Shown: piece by piece, positions 52,205 through 64,000 of the stretch
Position numbering within the stretch: the stretch's first letter is position 1
Layout: each line of letters opens with the position of its first letter
DNA from: Felis catus
Taxonomy: Eukaryota
Assembly: GCF_018350175.1 (NCBI RefSeq)
Contig: NC_058383.1
Coordinates: 30,196,001 to 30,260,000 of the forward strand
Length of the DNA: 64,000 bases
Direction: 5' to 3'
Position numbers and translations under genes: made by a program
The notes under the pieces: model-generated
What the model saw: the letters and a program-made list of their open reading frames with translations, nothing else
The model's database searches: none
Told to the model about the DNA's origin: nothing

Positions 52205-52910
52205 TCACCTAGACCCACAGACCCTCAAGGGGAGTTGTGGGTAGAATTCCGTGGGTTTGGGGACTTGGATGGTAAAAAGTAACATCTTTATTTTCACTAG
52301 GCTCTAACTGAAATGTTGTATGTCCCTCAGTTATAAACATAGGCAAAAAACCATCATGATATTAGCACGGACCTGGGACTATGTCACCTATAGAATCACG
52401 GATGCTGTCACTTCAATGTGCACTTGTAACAGATAGCTCAAAGGGTTGTTTGTACTCGTCACTACATTGATACCTGTCATTAGATCTTGTCATTTAATGC
52501 AATAGTTACCAAATCACATATATTACTGTATCACACATGTAGGTCCTTAAAATATTTTCATGTTGCATTTCCAGATGATGGGCTTATTTTGTAATTCCAT
52601 GTAGTTCATTTTGTGCATTTATTTTTTAAAAAAATTTTAATGTTTATTTATTAATTTTGATGGGGAGGGAGGGGCAGAGAGTGGGAGACACAGAATCTGA
52701 AGTAGGCTCCAGGCTCCGAGCTGTCAGCATAGAGCCTGATGCAGGGCTCGAACCCACAAACTGAGAGATCATGACCTGAGCCAAAGTCAGAGGCTTAACT
52801 CACTGAGCCAACCTGGCACCCCCATTTTATGCATTTAAAATCATTATTCTGAGAAAGGATCTGCAGGCTTCCCCAGAATGCCAAAGGAATCCATGGCATG
52901 AAAAAGAACT
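52205..52910. mobile_element. hAT-Charlie non-autonomous DNA transposon (Charlie4-like), interrupted by a SINE
   Basis: acttggatgg.aaaaa..acatctttattttcacta..ctctaactgaaat..tgcatttaaaa.cattattctgagaa..tgccaaagg..ccatggca matches my recollection of the Charlie4a consensus. Confidence 0.65.
52622..52822 (-). mobile_element. Can-SINE (SINEC_Fc-like)
   Basis: Antisense SINE body. TSD catttt(g/a)tgcattta on both sides. Confidence 0.95.
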
Positions 52911-55569
52911 ATTGTCATTAAGTCCATAGCTGTTAAAGCAATGGAAATCCCTAAGCATAAAGCCAAGTACCTATCAAGTGCTCATGGCATAGAAGCCCCT
53001 ACAATAATAATTATCATTACACGCAGCAAAATCCTGTTCATCCAGGAGCAAACTTTTGGAAATGATAAAGGACTTAATCCCGTTGACTATATCAAATGCC
53101 ATAGTGAGAAGTAGGGGGAAATGACCCAATCAAGTGAGAGAGTAGGAATGGAGATTTTTCTATCCCAACCTCCTCCTTCTTGGGATGAAGAAAGAGAGTC
53201 TCAAAGAGCACTAGTTTCAGGCCCCAGGGCACATGGCAAATGAGTGTGAGAATTAATACCAGCAACCAGTTCTTCCGGAGTCAGTCCTTTGTCTTGTATG
53301 GGACACAGTCTTCCAACATTGGATATGAAGCCAAGGGGTTAGTTAGGGGCCCTCTCCTTGGAAGCACACACCTCCATTCCATTTCTTTCTGCATCCTGGG
53401 TCCCAGAGAATGAGCCCACAGATGTTGGATGATTGGCAAATGTGGTGCAACACCTTTCAGGTCCAGGGGGCTACTGCATTGTGATGACAGAACACCTGTT
53501 GCAGTGAATCCTGGGTCCCCATTCAGACCCACTTCATCTTGGTTGGAGGAGCTTGGGAATCAGCTTTTTTATCAAGTTTCTCCACTGACTCACTTGCTCA
53601 ACCCAGTGACAACTACTCTATAGGAATCAAAGCATCTTATGAGTTCTGGAATTCCAAGCCCAGTTCCACTGCTTACTAGTTAAATCCCTTGGGGCAAAAT
53701 TACTCAAGTCCTAAGTAGAACTTACCTCCAAAGCCAACACTGCCCACCTTATTCAGTCGTGAGGATCATATGTGGCAACGCACGCAAAGTCCTCAACACT
53801 GTTTGGCATGTGATGAGAGTTCTACAAATATACTTTATGTGGTGGTTGTTGTTTTTGAGTTGTGGCCAAGCAGCTTCACTAGTGGGAGAGTCTGTCACTG
53901 TCCCCCCTCCCCGCCCTCCACAGAGGCATGATCTCTGTCCTACCACCGCATCCGTGGGGCTGTGAAGCGTGCTGTCCGTGACTCCACCTCCGAAGAGTTC
54001 CTGAGCACTGGAGAGGCAAGCACCCTCTGCCATCCAGACTTCTCTGGTATCCACAGCTATGCCCCAGAGAGAAAGAGAGAGAGAGCCCATGAGATCTACT
54101 TTGGGAGATGCCAAGTGACCCTGTGACCAATGAAGCCTGTCTGCCTCCCAAGGCAAGAACCCTAGCTCAGACTGCAGACTGTGGTCCCGTCCCCTACAGG
54201 CGACTCCTCTAGGCATCCAGAGAGAAGCTTCATGCCAGCAGACCTCAGAGCTTTGGCTCTGAGCAGCCCCCTACAGAGAGCTCCAGCCTCTTCCCTGTGT
54301 CTTCCCCCAGTGGCTGGCTGACTTCCAGTTACTAACAGGGGCATCTCTGTGCCTGGGCCTTTCTCCAGGACTCGAAAATCTCTCTGCCACCACTCAGGAG
54401 AGCCCGCGAGTGTCCAATTATTAACAGTCCCTGAAAGCAATGCTCAAATGGTGTCAGATGGGAGTTGGTGTGTATACAGCCCAGCTCCATCTGCATTTGG
54501 GTGGGATGATTCTGAGTGTGTGTTCTACACCCTCCCCACCCCACCCCCACATTTCCCTGCAGCATTAAACTCCAGTCATTCATAGTGGGAGCTGGCATGA
54601 GAAAGTATCCTCTATTGGCTCTTTCCCATTTCCTGCCTCACCTGCCCACCTACTGGTGTCCCCTTCATCTCTCAAATCAACTTTTCTCAGACCCCCTTTC
54701 CAGTGGGACCATATTAAGGCAAGTTTCTACCTGAACATTTCCAACTGAAATAATGCTCTTAACACTATTCTGTTCTTTTAACAGAAGCCAGGCAGGAAGT
54801 AAAATTTAACAAATAGGGGAAGAATCCCCTACTATAAAGAGACCTAGCAATGGTGTATTTTTTGAAGGCAGGAAGTGAACCTAAGAGACACAGACTCTTA
54901 CCAAAAAGGTTTCAAACAAAAAAGTCTCAGGAAAATTTGTGTAAGTTGCTACTAAGCAAAAGCATCCTTTACCTGTAACAATTACCCATGCATCCTGAGT
55001 ACGTATGAAAGATTTAGCTCTCTGTGGTAACACTGGTAGTCCCTGGTGGGATCCCGTTCAGATTAGGATGTGGGATCCTAAAAAGTGTTAAACACAAACG
55101 GAGATCCGAGTTGAAAATTCCCTGAGCAGGCAAAACCAGTTTAGTCACACAGGCAAAGCTTAATTTACCTTCTTTTGCAAGACAACCAAGGCTTACTTGA
55201 CCTGGGTTGCTTCTTGCTGATACCTCTGAAAATCCTAAGCCAAACCTGCTCTTCCCCAAGATTGATACGAGGTAACCACTAAACAGTTCTCTTTCAGTTA
55301 AGAAAATTCTGTGAACCAGTCACTGTGAAAAATAAACAATCACTGTCTCCACACTACTTAGCTGCTTTCCAACAATATACCTCTCAGCCTTATTCCACAT
55401 TTTGGTTTGAGTGCTCCCCGTCTGCAAAGTTTTTGGTGTGTGCACAAGAAACTCTTAGTAAAATTACCACTTTGGTGATGCACTAGTCTTAACCTTTGTT
55501 GTTTGTTTGTTTTCCTGAACTTTGGACAAAACATACAGGGCAACCCCAACAGCATCACATATAATCAGT

Positions 55570-55575
55570 TTTATT
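55570..55575 (-). terminator. SHISA9: Probable distal polyadenylation signal (AATAAA) of SHISA9
   Basis: The minus strand reads ..TGTAAACATGTATTC..GGCAATAAAACTGATTATATGTGATGCTGTTGGGGTTGCCCTGTATGTTTTGT: UGUA elements upstream and a GU/U-rich element downstream. Cleavage is expected near 55550. Confidence 0.65.
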
Positions 55576-56650
55576 GCCAGGTAAGAAATTCATATTAATA
55601 TAGTGAATACATGTTTACAAATAAACATTCTTAGAAAACAAACAAATGTTTTTTTTTTCTTCTTCTTCATTGTAGGAAGTGTTATTGGTATCATAAACTC
55701 TGCAGTTGTGGACGAATATTAACACAGGTTTACTTGCAGAACATAAGGTTACTAAAATATTCGCACATAAAATATGCTCCATTTACACAGAAAACTGGGG
55801 GACTTAGGTGGGGGTGCCAGGCAGAGCCCAAGGTGGATGGAGGCTGAGATACTCTGGGAGGGCAAGGGGAAGTCAGACTCTGGTCCTGTTGGGTTGGGGG
55901 TTGGGCATAAACTAAAGGCAAGAAATAGAGGCTGATGCCAGGGCACGGGCTGAGGCAGGGAGCGACTCTCTGCTTTGTTCTGGCTTCTCTCTTCTAAGGT
56001 CCCCACTGTTAGCTACAGGATTCTTGCTGACACATGGCAGCCACAGTTCCCTCAGTACCACGAGTTTGATCCATCCTCCCTAGAGGATGCCAAAGAATAA
56101 ACCTCCCTGTTCAACGGTCCCTGCTCACAAAGCCTCCTGAAAGGTAATGAGACCTAGAAGATATGTTCTCAGTCATCCGCTGCCACATCTTACTGACCAC
56201 ACGGTCACCTTCCTGCCCAGACCCCCAAATAACACAATTCGCTGGATGCAGTTGACTCAGAAGAGAAGGAACACGGAGGAAAAAGGAAATTCTGTAGTTG
56301 CAGAGACCAAGAAAGGTCCTTAATCGGGGTCAGGATAAAGGTGACACCAAGTGAGTTGAGGGCAGGGGGCAAGATGAGCTATAAAAAGGGAAACCAGACC
56401 CCCAGCACTTTGGAGCTGGGGGGACCCTCCCAGAGAAACCCACCAGCATTTCCTGAAGTATGCGCTGTGCGCCACTCATGAATGCAAAATGATTCGTCGT
56501 AGCATGTGGAGAGAGGACTGGCTAACACCCAGTCACAGAGGGAATCGGCTCCTTTCCATTTAGACTCTGATGGAGTCCCTTGGGAGTGCAATGTCTCCAC
56601 TGGGTGCCGGTAGATCTTCAAGAGCTTTTTAACATGCTCATCTTTTTAAT

Positions 56651-57040
56651 TAAAAAAAAAGAAAAAAGAGAAGAGAAGAGAAGAGAAGAGAAGAGAAGAG
56701 AAGAAAAAAGAAAAGAAAGAAAAGAAAAAAGAAAAGAAAGAAAAGAAAAAAGAAAAGAGAGGAGTGTGAGAAGGGAAGAGAGAGAGAGAGGGACAGAGAG
56801 GGAGAGAGAGGGAGAGAGAGGGAGAGAGGGAGAGGGAGAGGGAGAGGGAGAGAGGCAGAGAGGCAGAGAGGGAGAGAGGGAGAGAGGGAGAGAGGGAGAA
56901 AGGGAGAGGGAGAGAGGGAGAGAGGGAGAGAGGGAGAGGGAGAGAGGGAGAGAGGGAGAGGGAGAGAGGGAGAGAGGGAGAGAGGGAGAGAGGGAGAGAG
57001 GGAGAGAGGGGGAGAGGGGGAGAGGGAGAGAGGGAGAGAG
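56651..57040 (+). repeat. ~390-bp polypurine tract, (AAGAG/AAAAG)n then (GGAGAG/GGGAGAGA)n
   Basis: Read directly from the sequence; only a handful of pyrimidine interruptions. Confidence 0.95.
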
Positions 57041-59505
57041 TGCATGTGCGCAATCCCAAAGCCTGGCTCTAAAGTCAGACCCTTCCACAGGCAACACGAT
57101 TTACCTAGAGCTTAACAACTGTTGCTTTGCTGCCTTTGTACTTATTTTCTTCCTTCTTTTCTATTTAGGGTGATCGATACCGCTTTTCTATTTGGAATCA
57201 TGAGAGGGAGTTTTCCTTTTAGAAATTCGAGGTATTAAGAATGAATCCCTTTAGATACCACGATGGAGACACACAGGGATGCCAAAGCACACTGCAGTAC
57301 CTGGAACTAACATCAAGAAAACACTGACCAAGCTTGGCGGTGTTTACTCCACGCTGGGGTGTGCTGGGATCCTGGCAAAGAGGCTGAGAAGGTGGGCACT
57401 GTATCTGCCCCCCGCCCCGCCACTGACAGCCCTGCTTTGTTCAGCACAGAACCACTTTATAAATGAGGATCTTCGATACTGGCATCTGTGGATGATTTTT
57501 CTTTTTCTTTCTTTCTTTTTTAATGAGCAGAGGTTTTGCTATCCAAGAACCTTGAAAAGCTTGATCTATCCCCAACTGCCTGTGTTTCAAATGGGAGGCC
57601 AAGGCCCAGAAAGATACCATGCGTTGTCAATGTCCCCAGATCAGCTGGGAATGAGAAGGCGAATAAACACCAGATTTCCCTGCTTCCATGATGCCCGAGA
57701 TGACAAACGGGTGAGGCAGAACTCTGCACGTGGCCATCCTGGGGAATTCTGAGTCTTCTTGGACCACCGTGTGCAGCTTCTGACACCAGAAGAGCTGGGG
57801 GGTGGCGGTGGATGGGCAGGGGGCTGTCACTTGGAGGTTCCTATTAACTGGCTAAGGCCATTAGGGACTGGTTGAAAACTTCTCACCTAAAATCAAAATC
57901 TCTTGTGTCTCCACTCTCCTCTTTGGGCTTCCACTAAACAAAACTAGTAGAGACATTGGCTTTGTTGCGATACCCAAGGGCCACTGGCTATGAGAACCCA
58001 TCTGAAAAACCACCTCAGGGAATTCTGGGTGGGAGCTGAATTCATGGAAGTATCTGGGGAGGTGGTTTGGAAGGACCGTCGGAATTACGAGACCCAGAAA
58101 TGCTTGATAGGCCTGGGGGGGGCTAGATAAAGGGAGGACTAGTGGTGACAGGGTGGGAGGAAAGGGGGGGTATCTTCGTCTTTAGGTACCCCTGACATCA
58201 CAGCAGCCCCCTCAGAGTATGTGATGGGTGGGCTCACTGACAAAGGGTTGGGGGGATAGAAACATCTTCTATTATTGCAGGAAACAGGAGGGAGGGGGGC
58301 CAAGAAAACACAGGTTGCACTTGGGTAACAAGACTGTCATTAAACAGTAACACATTGAAGGCACCACCCACGCTTATGACATTTTCAGTCCAAAGCAGCT
58401 GAAATTTGGCAGCGGTGGTGGCAAGGGCTGAGGGGAGTCAGGGAGAGACAGTTAATGGAGGACTGGTTTCTGTGTTTCTTGTCTCGGAGGCAAGGCAGGA
58501 AATAGGGGGCCCCCTTTTCACCTCTTGTCGACTTTTCAACCGTGAATTTTGGTGTCATTGTTCTTGATGCCATTGTTTGTTTCCTAAGTCGCGAGGATTT
58601 GGGACAAAAATTGATTTGCCGTTTTGTCTGTTTTGTAGTGGGCTTGTATTCGTTTATCTTTGTTCTTCTTTTTTTGTTTTTTGTTTTTGTTTTTTTAAGA
58701 AAAAAGTTATTTAACACTCTCTGGACCCTCTCCCAGCCATAAAAACCTATCCTTCCCATGTCCATGGTCATGGTCTTTACGGGACTTCTCTACAACGTTC
58801 TTTCTCATCACTATTGGTGGGTTCAGGGTCTTATTTATTCCTTGTGAGTTCAAGTGTGTGTTGTTTTTTGCTTCCAACATTGACAATATGAAAAGTACTA
58901 TAAATAGAAGGGTTGGACTGTCTCACGCTCGTCAAAAGCGTGTTTCCACGTCACTACTTCTCGGGATTAGAAAACACTTACAATGCACACAGATTCCTCC
59001 CCAAACAGCTCATATTCTCAAGTACACTCTTGTCGTACCCTCCACGCTCTCCTCTCCCCACACCCCCAGCTCTTTCACCTGGAAACAGACAGCGCGTGGT
59101 AAATGGAATATGTGCTCGAATGGACAATTTCTCTAAGTTGTGCTACTTTTAATTCGTCATCATGGATTTCAGTCTTAAGTCAGGAGGAAAAGAAAAAATC
59201 AGCCCCACGGTTTGGGCGTGTGAGTCGGCCACCTTGGGCCCGAAGTCGAAAGAGCCGTGCCTCAGTTTCCCCTCTGCTGTATTGCTGAACATCCCTGCTT
59301 CGGCCTTGCTCAGCTGCCCGCCGACACGTGTTAGGCATGACCCAAGAAAAGCATGATTCCGCGTCGCCAGCAGGTTTATGGTCGGTTGGTATGGGGAGTC
59401 AGGGCGTGAGGGAGCATGTCGGGGAGGGCAGGAAGGGTGTGGGCCAGGGATATTTTTTGCCTCTCAGTTGAGTATGGTCTCCAGGATGCTTCCTGTAGTG
59501 AAAGC

Positions 59506-59885
59506 TCAGACAGTCACTTCTGTTTTGCTGTTGGTGATGAAGTATGGCTGTGGGGGTGGGTAGTGCTGGGTGCGAGTCCCCAAGGGGTCGCTGGAGCCCG
59601 ACTCAGCTACGCCAAGTTTGCCCTTGTTACCGTAAGCCTGCCGCCGGAGAGACTGCTCGTTGGGGTCCCAGCCCTTGAAGTTGGTGGTGGAGTTGTAGGC
59701 CAGGGGATGTGGGGGCGTCTTGTTGGTGCGTGACTTCTGTCCATTTTGCTTGGCGGGCCCATGCTCAGGGCTGAAGGCCCGCGGCTCATCTTCCACTCTT
59801 ACTGGGTGCAGAGGTAGGTTCCCCTTGGCGGCCAGCTCGGCCAGGTGCCGTCGCTTAGAGTAGAAGTCATCATTGACCTTGTCGG
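59506..59885 (-). CDS. SHISA9: Terminal coding exon of protein shisa-9 (CKAMP44, AMPA-receptor auxiliary subunit): cytoplasmic tail with C-terminal PDZ-binding motif EVTV
   Basis: Translation (A)DKVNDDFYSKRRHLAELAAKGNLPLHPVRVEDEPRAFSPEHGPAKQNGQKSRTNK..QHYPPPQPYFITNSKTEVTV* is recognised as the SHISA9 C-terminus. It is preceded by a CT-rich tract and the acceptor ttggacAG|CC GAC. Length 380 nt = 2 + 126 codons (phase 1); TGA at 59508-59506. Confidence 0.96.
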
Positions 59886-59955
59886 CTGTCCAAGGCGGAC
59901 GTGGAAGGGGAGGAGAGAGCAAGAGAGAGGGAGAGAAAGGAGAGAGAAAGAGAGT
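59886..59955 (-). promoter_or_regulatory. SHISA9: 3' splice acceptor (AG at 59887-59886) and polypyrimidine tract of the last SHISA9 intron
   Basis: The minus strand reads ctctcttttctctctcctttctctccctctctcttgctctctcctccccttccacgtccgccttggacag immediately before the exon. Confidence 0.9.
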
Positions 59956-60819
59956 TAGGGATTGGCAAGGGTACCAGAGCACAGCATCAAAGTGGGCCAA
60001 CAGTCCAAACAAGACACACACTAGAAACTCCATCTGGAACAGACAGAAGGAAGGAGGACAGAAGGAAAGAGGCTCATGTTTCTTTCACAATCAAGATCAG
60101 GACCAACAAGGTAAGGGCATCTCCAACGGAAACTCTGGATCTCCCCCAGATAAACACTTCTCCACCACGGTGCACCTAGCATTGTACATCCTTGGCTTTT
60201 TTACGAAATTCAAGTGTTGTTTCATTATTAAAATCATGCATTCTCATTAGGAGAAAGAGTGAACATCTTGAAAAATATTCGTGTCTGTCACCCACCATGC
60301 AAGACCGCCGAAATCAACACTTGGCTGTTTTTTTCCTCTGGTTTTCTCAGTAAACGCGGTTTAATTTGGGATTTCTATTAGCGTGTTTGATGCCTTTTAG
60401 CAGTTAAGCAGGCCTGTGTTCAAACCCCAACTCCACCATCTCCTAGAAGTGTGTGCGTGTGTATATATATTTCATAGGGTTGTTCAGAGGGTTAAATGAT
60501 ATGATGTGCGTGAAGCATTTACATATTAGCCCCTTCCAAGCTAATTATCATTATAAATCACGGCTTAATTTCCACATAACTTTCTATCAAGCATTTCTCC
60601 GTGTTGCTACAAACCACTAATGAACATTTTAATGTGTACATAATATTTCATTGGGTAGAACTACTAAAATGAATCGATCCTCCCATTGATGAACAGTGAA
60701 GTTTGCTACTGTTGTTGACATAAATAAAGCTGAAATAAGAATCTTCAAGACTAAAGCTCTCTTTGTATTTAAAATTTTGCATTTAGAATAATTCTAAAAA
60801 TATTTTCTTAATCTATATC

Positions 60820-61020
60820 CGATGATGGCAAGCTATAGCCCCTGGACCAGATGTGGGTGCTGCCTATTTTTGTACACAAAGTGTTACAAGAACACAGTCA
60901 CAGCCACTCACTTACCTACCATCTGTGGTTGCTGTTGCTCTACTAGGGTGGTGGGTTTGGGTACATGTGACAGAGACTGTGTGGCCCGGCAAAGCCTGAA
61001 ATCTCTACTAGCCGGCCCTG
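60820..61020. mobile_element. MER58A-like hAT MITE
   Basis: ggcaagctatagccc..tgcctatttttgta..aaagtgtta..gaacacag.cac..gtgacagagactgtgtggccc.gcaaagcctgaaat. Confidence 0.75.
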
Positions 61021-61344
61021 AAATGAATTACCTGAAGTGGAATTACATGACCACGGGGTGTAAATATTATCTAGGGTCTTGATACATAGTGCTAGCTACG
61101 CCACAAAATTGTTACACCAACTTCCACACCATTTCACCACACTATCTCCAGCATGATTTCTTTCTTCCTTTTTTTTCTTTCTTTTCCTTCCTTCCTCCCT
61201 CCCTTGTCCTCCCCTTCTTCCCCCTTTCTTTCTTTCCTTCCTTCCTTCCTCTTTATTTGATAATTTTATGAGATCTTTTATTTTATGTTCTCTTCCAATT
61301 CTTTTACTATAAGGTGCTCTACACTTTGAAAATTTATTTCTTAG

Positions 61345-61459
61345 TGGCGATGCCCGGCTAGCTCCATTGGTGGAGTGTGCAAGTCTTGATCTTGGGGTTG
61401 TGAATTTGGGCCCCATGCTGGGTGTAGCGATTACTTAAAATAGATAAGATAAATAACAT
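61345..61459 (+). mobile_element. Short tRNA-derived Can-SINE
   Basis: gcccggctagctc..gtcttgatcttggggttgtgaattt.ggccccatgctgggtgtag.gattacttaaaa. TSD aaaat(t/g)tatttcttag at 61329-61344 and 61460-61475. Confidence 0.88.
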
Positions 61460-62299
61460 AAAATGTATTTCTTAGCAATAAACCTTTGAACTTCCATCTC
61501 TTGGGAGATGAAAGATATTTGCTGCTTTTTCATCCACACTTACAACATCTCACACTGTGACATGTGAATTTATGTAAATTCATGGAAGCCACTATAGTTC
61601 CAGATTTATTTTCCCATTGGCTTCTTTCAACAACTCTCAGGAGTAGGAAAGATGGGGGCTTTAACCCCTGTTTGATAGATTAGGAAATTGTCAAACTCAG
61701 ACATATGAAGTGATGAACAAAAGTTACCCACAGCTAGTGACTAATCCAGGGGAGAACCGAAGTCCGACAGACATTATTTTATGCGTTTGAAAGGCCGTAG
61801 AGGGAACAAAAGTTCCCAAAAGGCCAAGGGGACAAAAGTATGCCCTGCTTGCTCCCTCCGTGTCCGTGGCAAATGTCCCTCATGGATCACACTTGTGCTG
61901 TCCTGGCAGCCTGGCCTCCTCTCAGACTCAACACAGTACCCCAGGAAGCCACATGTTAACCTTTCAGGCTTAATACAGTTTATGTTGGGTTTCTGTCCTC
62001 GTTAATGTAAGTACTCCTGGCTGATGTGGTCTTTTAAGAGAAAGTCCCCCTTTCCCATAAATTCTAGAGGTGTCTGAAGATACGGAATGTCACTGTCAAA
62101 AGGAATCTGCTACTAAAGATAAGAATATACATTCTCACCATACCAGGCATTGAAGTGGCAAGAGTTAAACTCAAGTCAGTGTTAGATCTCTATCTTTCTG
62201 CCTTCCAGAAGAAAGTGCTAGGTTTCCAATGCCATAAAGTTTCAACAGAAGGATGCTCTGATATTCCCCCTTGGACTTAGTCGGGGAACATGTATCCAG

Positions 62300-62720
62300 G
62301 TACCTCTAGGACAGATTCACAGGTATCTCCCACTCCAAGTGCCCAAACCTGAACACATCATCATTACAAGTACTGTTCTTCTTCAGGCTCTTCCTTATCT
62401 CTCCAATGGGGACGCCAACTAGCTTGTCACTCAAGCCAGAAGCACGGTGGCATTCACTGACTTCCACTCTCCTCCTCTCCTCTATTACCACTAATAAATC
62501 ACCAAGTCCTTCCAGCTACACATGCAAATGCTTCTCTTGTAACACGGTCCACCTGACCCCCAACTGTGAACATTGTTCCACTTCAGCCACCAAACTGGCC
62601 TCCCTTCCTTGAGTGTCGTGCCTCCACCCAGTCCATTCTCCACACTGAAGCCAGAGGCCTAATTCTAAAATGCCAAAGTGACCATGTCCCTCATCTACCA
62701 AAACCTCCTCAAGCAATTTG
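62300..62720 (+). mobile_element. L2 LINE remnant
   Basis: cacaggtatctc..gcccaaacctgaac..aatcaccaagtcct..gtccattctccacactgaagccagag..taaaatgccaaagtgaccatgtc. Confidence 0.68.
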
Positions 62721-62989
62721 CTCATGCAGCCATTCAACACAGTGGCATGGGCCATGTGCTAGGCAGTGGAAATCTAGGGAGGAATCAGAAACAGATGTGG
62801 TCCCTGGCCTCATGAGCTGGGCATCTAGTAGGCAGAGACAGATAATGACTAAATAATCTCAGAAATTGCATAAAAGTATACATATGGTAAGTGCTATGAA
62901 GAACTATTCAGTATTATGAATATTTATAATAAAGTCTGGTCTGGGAACCAGATGTTGGAGCTTTGAAGGCAGGGACTTTATCTTTGCAT

Positions 62990-63187
62990 CTGTGGGGCTC
63001 TCAATCCTGGCAGTACATGCAAATCACAGGGGAGAGCTTTTCAAGCATTCAGATACCTGGATCGCTCCCCCCAACCATTCGATTAGAATCTCTGGGCAGG
63101 TCTGGCCCAGACACAGATTTTCTTTTTTTTGTTAAGGCCCCTCCACCCAGGTGATTCTAAAGGTGCAGCCAGAGATGAAACCACAGG
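62990..63187. mobile_element. MER5-like hAT MITE
   Basis: tctcaatcctggc.gtacat..aatcac.gggg..ttagaatctctggg..cccaggtgattctaa.gtgcagccag.g.tgaaaccac. Confidence 0.75.
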
Positions 63188-64000
63188 CACAGCCCTGGGG
63201 TCTAGCACAGTGCTGGCACATAGCTTTTCCTAGAGAACTCAAGGGAAGTGGCCTCTGACCTCACTCCTGTTCTCTCCAGCCGCCTCCCACCACCTTCCCT
63301 TCTAGGATGTCTAACAAGGTCAGATCCCACTATGATAGGCTCTTCTCCATGGCGTGCATCATAGTTACCATTCTGCCCTTGTTAATGTACTTCATTCATT
63401 ACTATTTATCTCTCCCACTGCAGTTCCAAGAGGACAAGTCCAGGTCAGATTCATGCCCAATACTTCATAAGCACTGTCCAGCCTACCTCCTGGAAGATAT
63501 TAGGTACCCAATCAATATTCAGTGAGTCGATGTAGGAGCAAAAAATCATGAATGCACATAGAGTATCAGGGCAGTCGTGGGAGTGGAAGCTTCCTTCCCC
63601 CATTCCTCCCAGGAGTCTCTTATGAAAGTCTCGCTCACCCTCGTTATGTCCCCAATCATGATTTGGAATCGTTCATTCCCCAGTTCCTCTTTCCACACAA
63701 TGGAGTGGTCTAAGTTCTGCTCAGAGAAGGGAATGTATTCAAGGTTTCCCATGTCTGACAAACCGAGAAAATTGATTATGCACTAAGTGTCCCGACAGCT
63801 GGGATACTTGATGTTTTCTCAAAAAGTTCTAAAGAGAAGAAGTCACAGAGACATTCAACTCTTGCCAGATCAGTGCAGGGATGGGGAGAGTCCTCCATTA
63901 AGAGGAGTCATGGAGTCCCACATGGAGAATCTACAACCTTCTCCATAATCAACCCTGACTTGGTCTCTTGGTGAGCCTGACACTGGGGAGCCCCTGACCA

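Larger units (their letters stand above)
55550..59505 (-). other. SHISA9: Putative SHISA9 3' UTR (~3.95 kb)
   Basis: Lies between the stop codon and the best-supported poly(A) signal, and is nearly free of the SINE/LTR insertions that fill the flanks. The 3' end is inferred. Confidence 0.6.

Noticed and set aside
56580..57173. Long ORFs on both strands (E/R/G-rich; S/L/P-rich)
   Set aside because: Translations of the purine/pyrimidine simple repeat, which has no stop codons.
59886..60033. N-terminal 49 codons of ORF 59506..60033 (MEFLVCVLFGLL...), which look like a signal or hydrophobic leader
   Set aside because: This is intronic read-through across the polypyrimidine tract. SHISA9 similarity starts at the AG acceptor at 59887-59886, and the ORF start is not an ATG.
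59873..60250. Plus-strand ORFs antisense to the SHISA9 exon and intron boundary
   Set aside because: They run through the GA-rich complement of the polypyrimidine tract; no homology, start context or splice support.
59956..64000. Search for the short upstream SHISA9 exon (recalled as roughly GSSDGDWAVSTLKSPK)
   Set aside because: I did not see it in this interval, which is repeat-filled intron; upstream exons presumably lie beyond the window.

Overview
Mammalian genomic DNA, almost certainly from a felid (cat family): it is dense in carnivore tRNA-derived Can-SINEs of the SINEC_Fc type and starts with a young carnivore L1. The only protein-coding sequence I can support is the terminal coding exon of SHISA9 (CKAMP44, an AMPA-receptor auxiliary subunit) on the minus strand, 59885->59506, ending in the PDZ-binding motif ...KTEVTV*. 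A probable ~4 kb 3' UTR follows, ending at a poly(A) signal near 55570. Bases 59886-64000 are the last intron. Bases 1-55500 are gene-poor downstream DNA made of L1, SINE, MIR/L2, MaLR/ERVL LTR and hAT remnants, microsatellites and a few non-repetitive enhancer-like blocks. The other ORFs in the track look like repeat-derived or chance ORFs. I found no evidence for a new multi-gene system. The most interesting structures are a TSD-bounded L1 3' transduction carrying two further nested insertions (~24.0-24.7 kb), a 5'-inverted SINE, clustered neuronal miRNA seed sites in the putative SHISA9 3' UTR (three for miR-137), and a ~390-nt pyrimidine tract in the same UTR. Repeat family names come from recalled consensus sequences, not a database search, and boundaries of old repeats are approximate.
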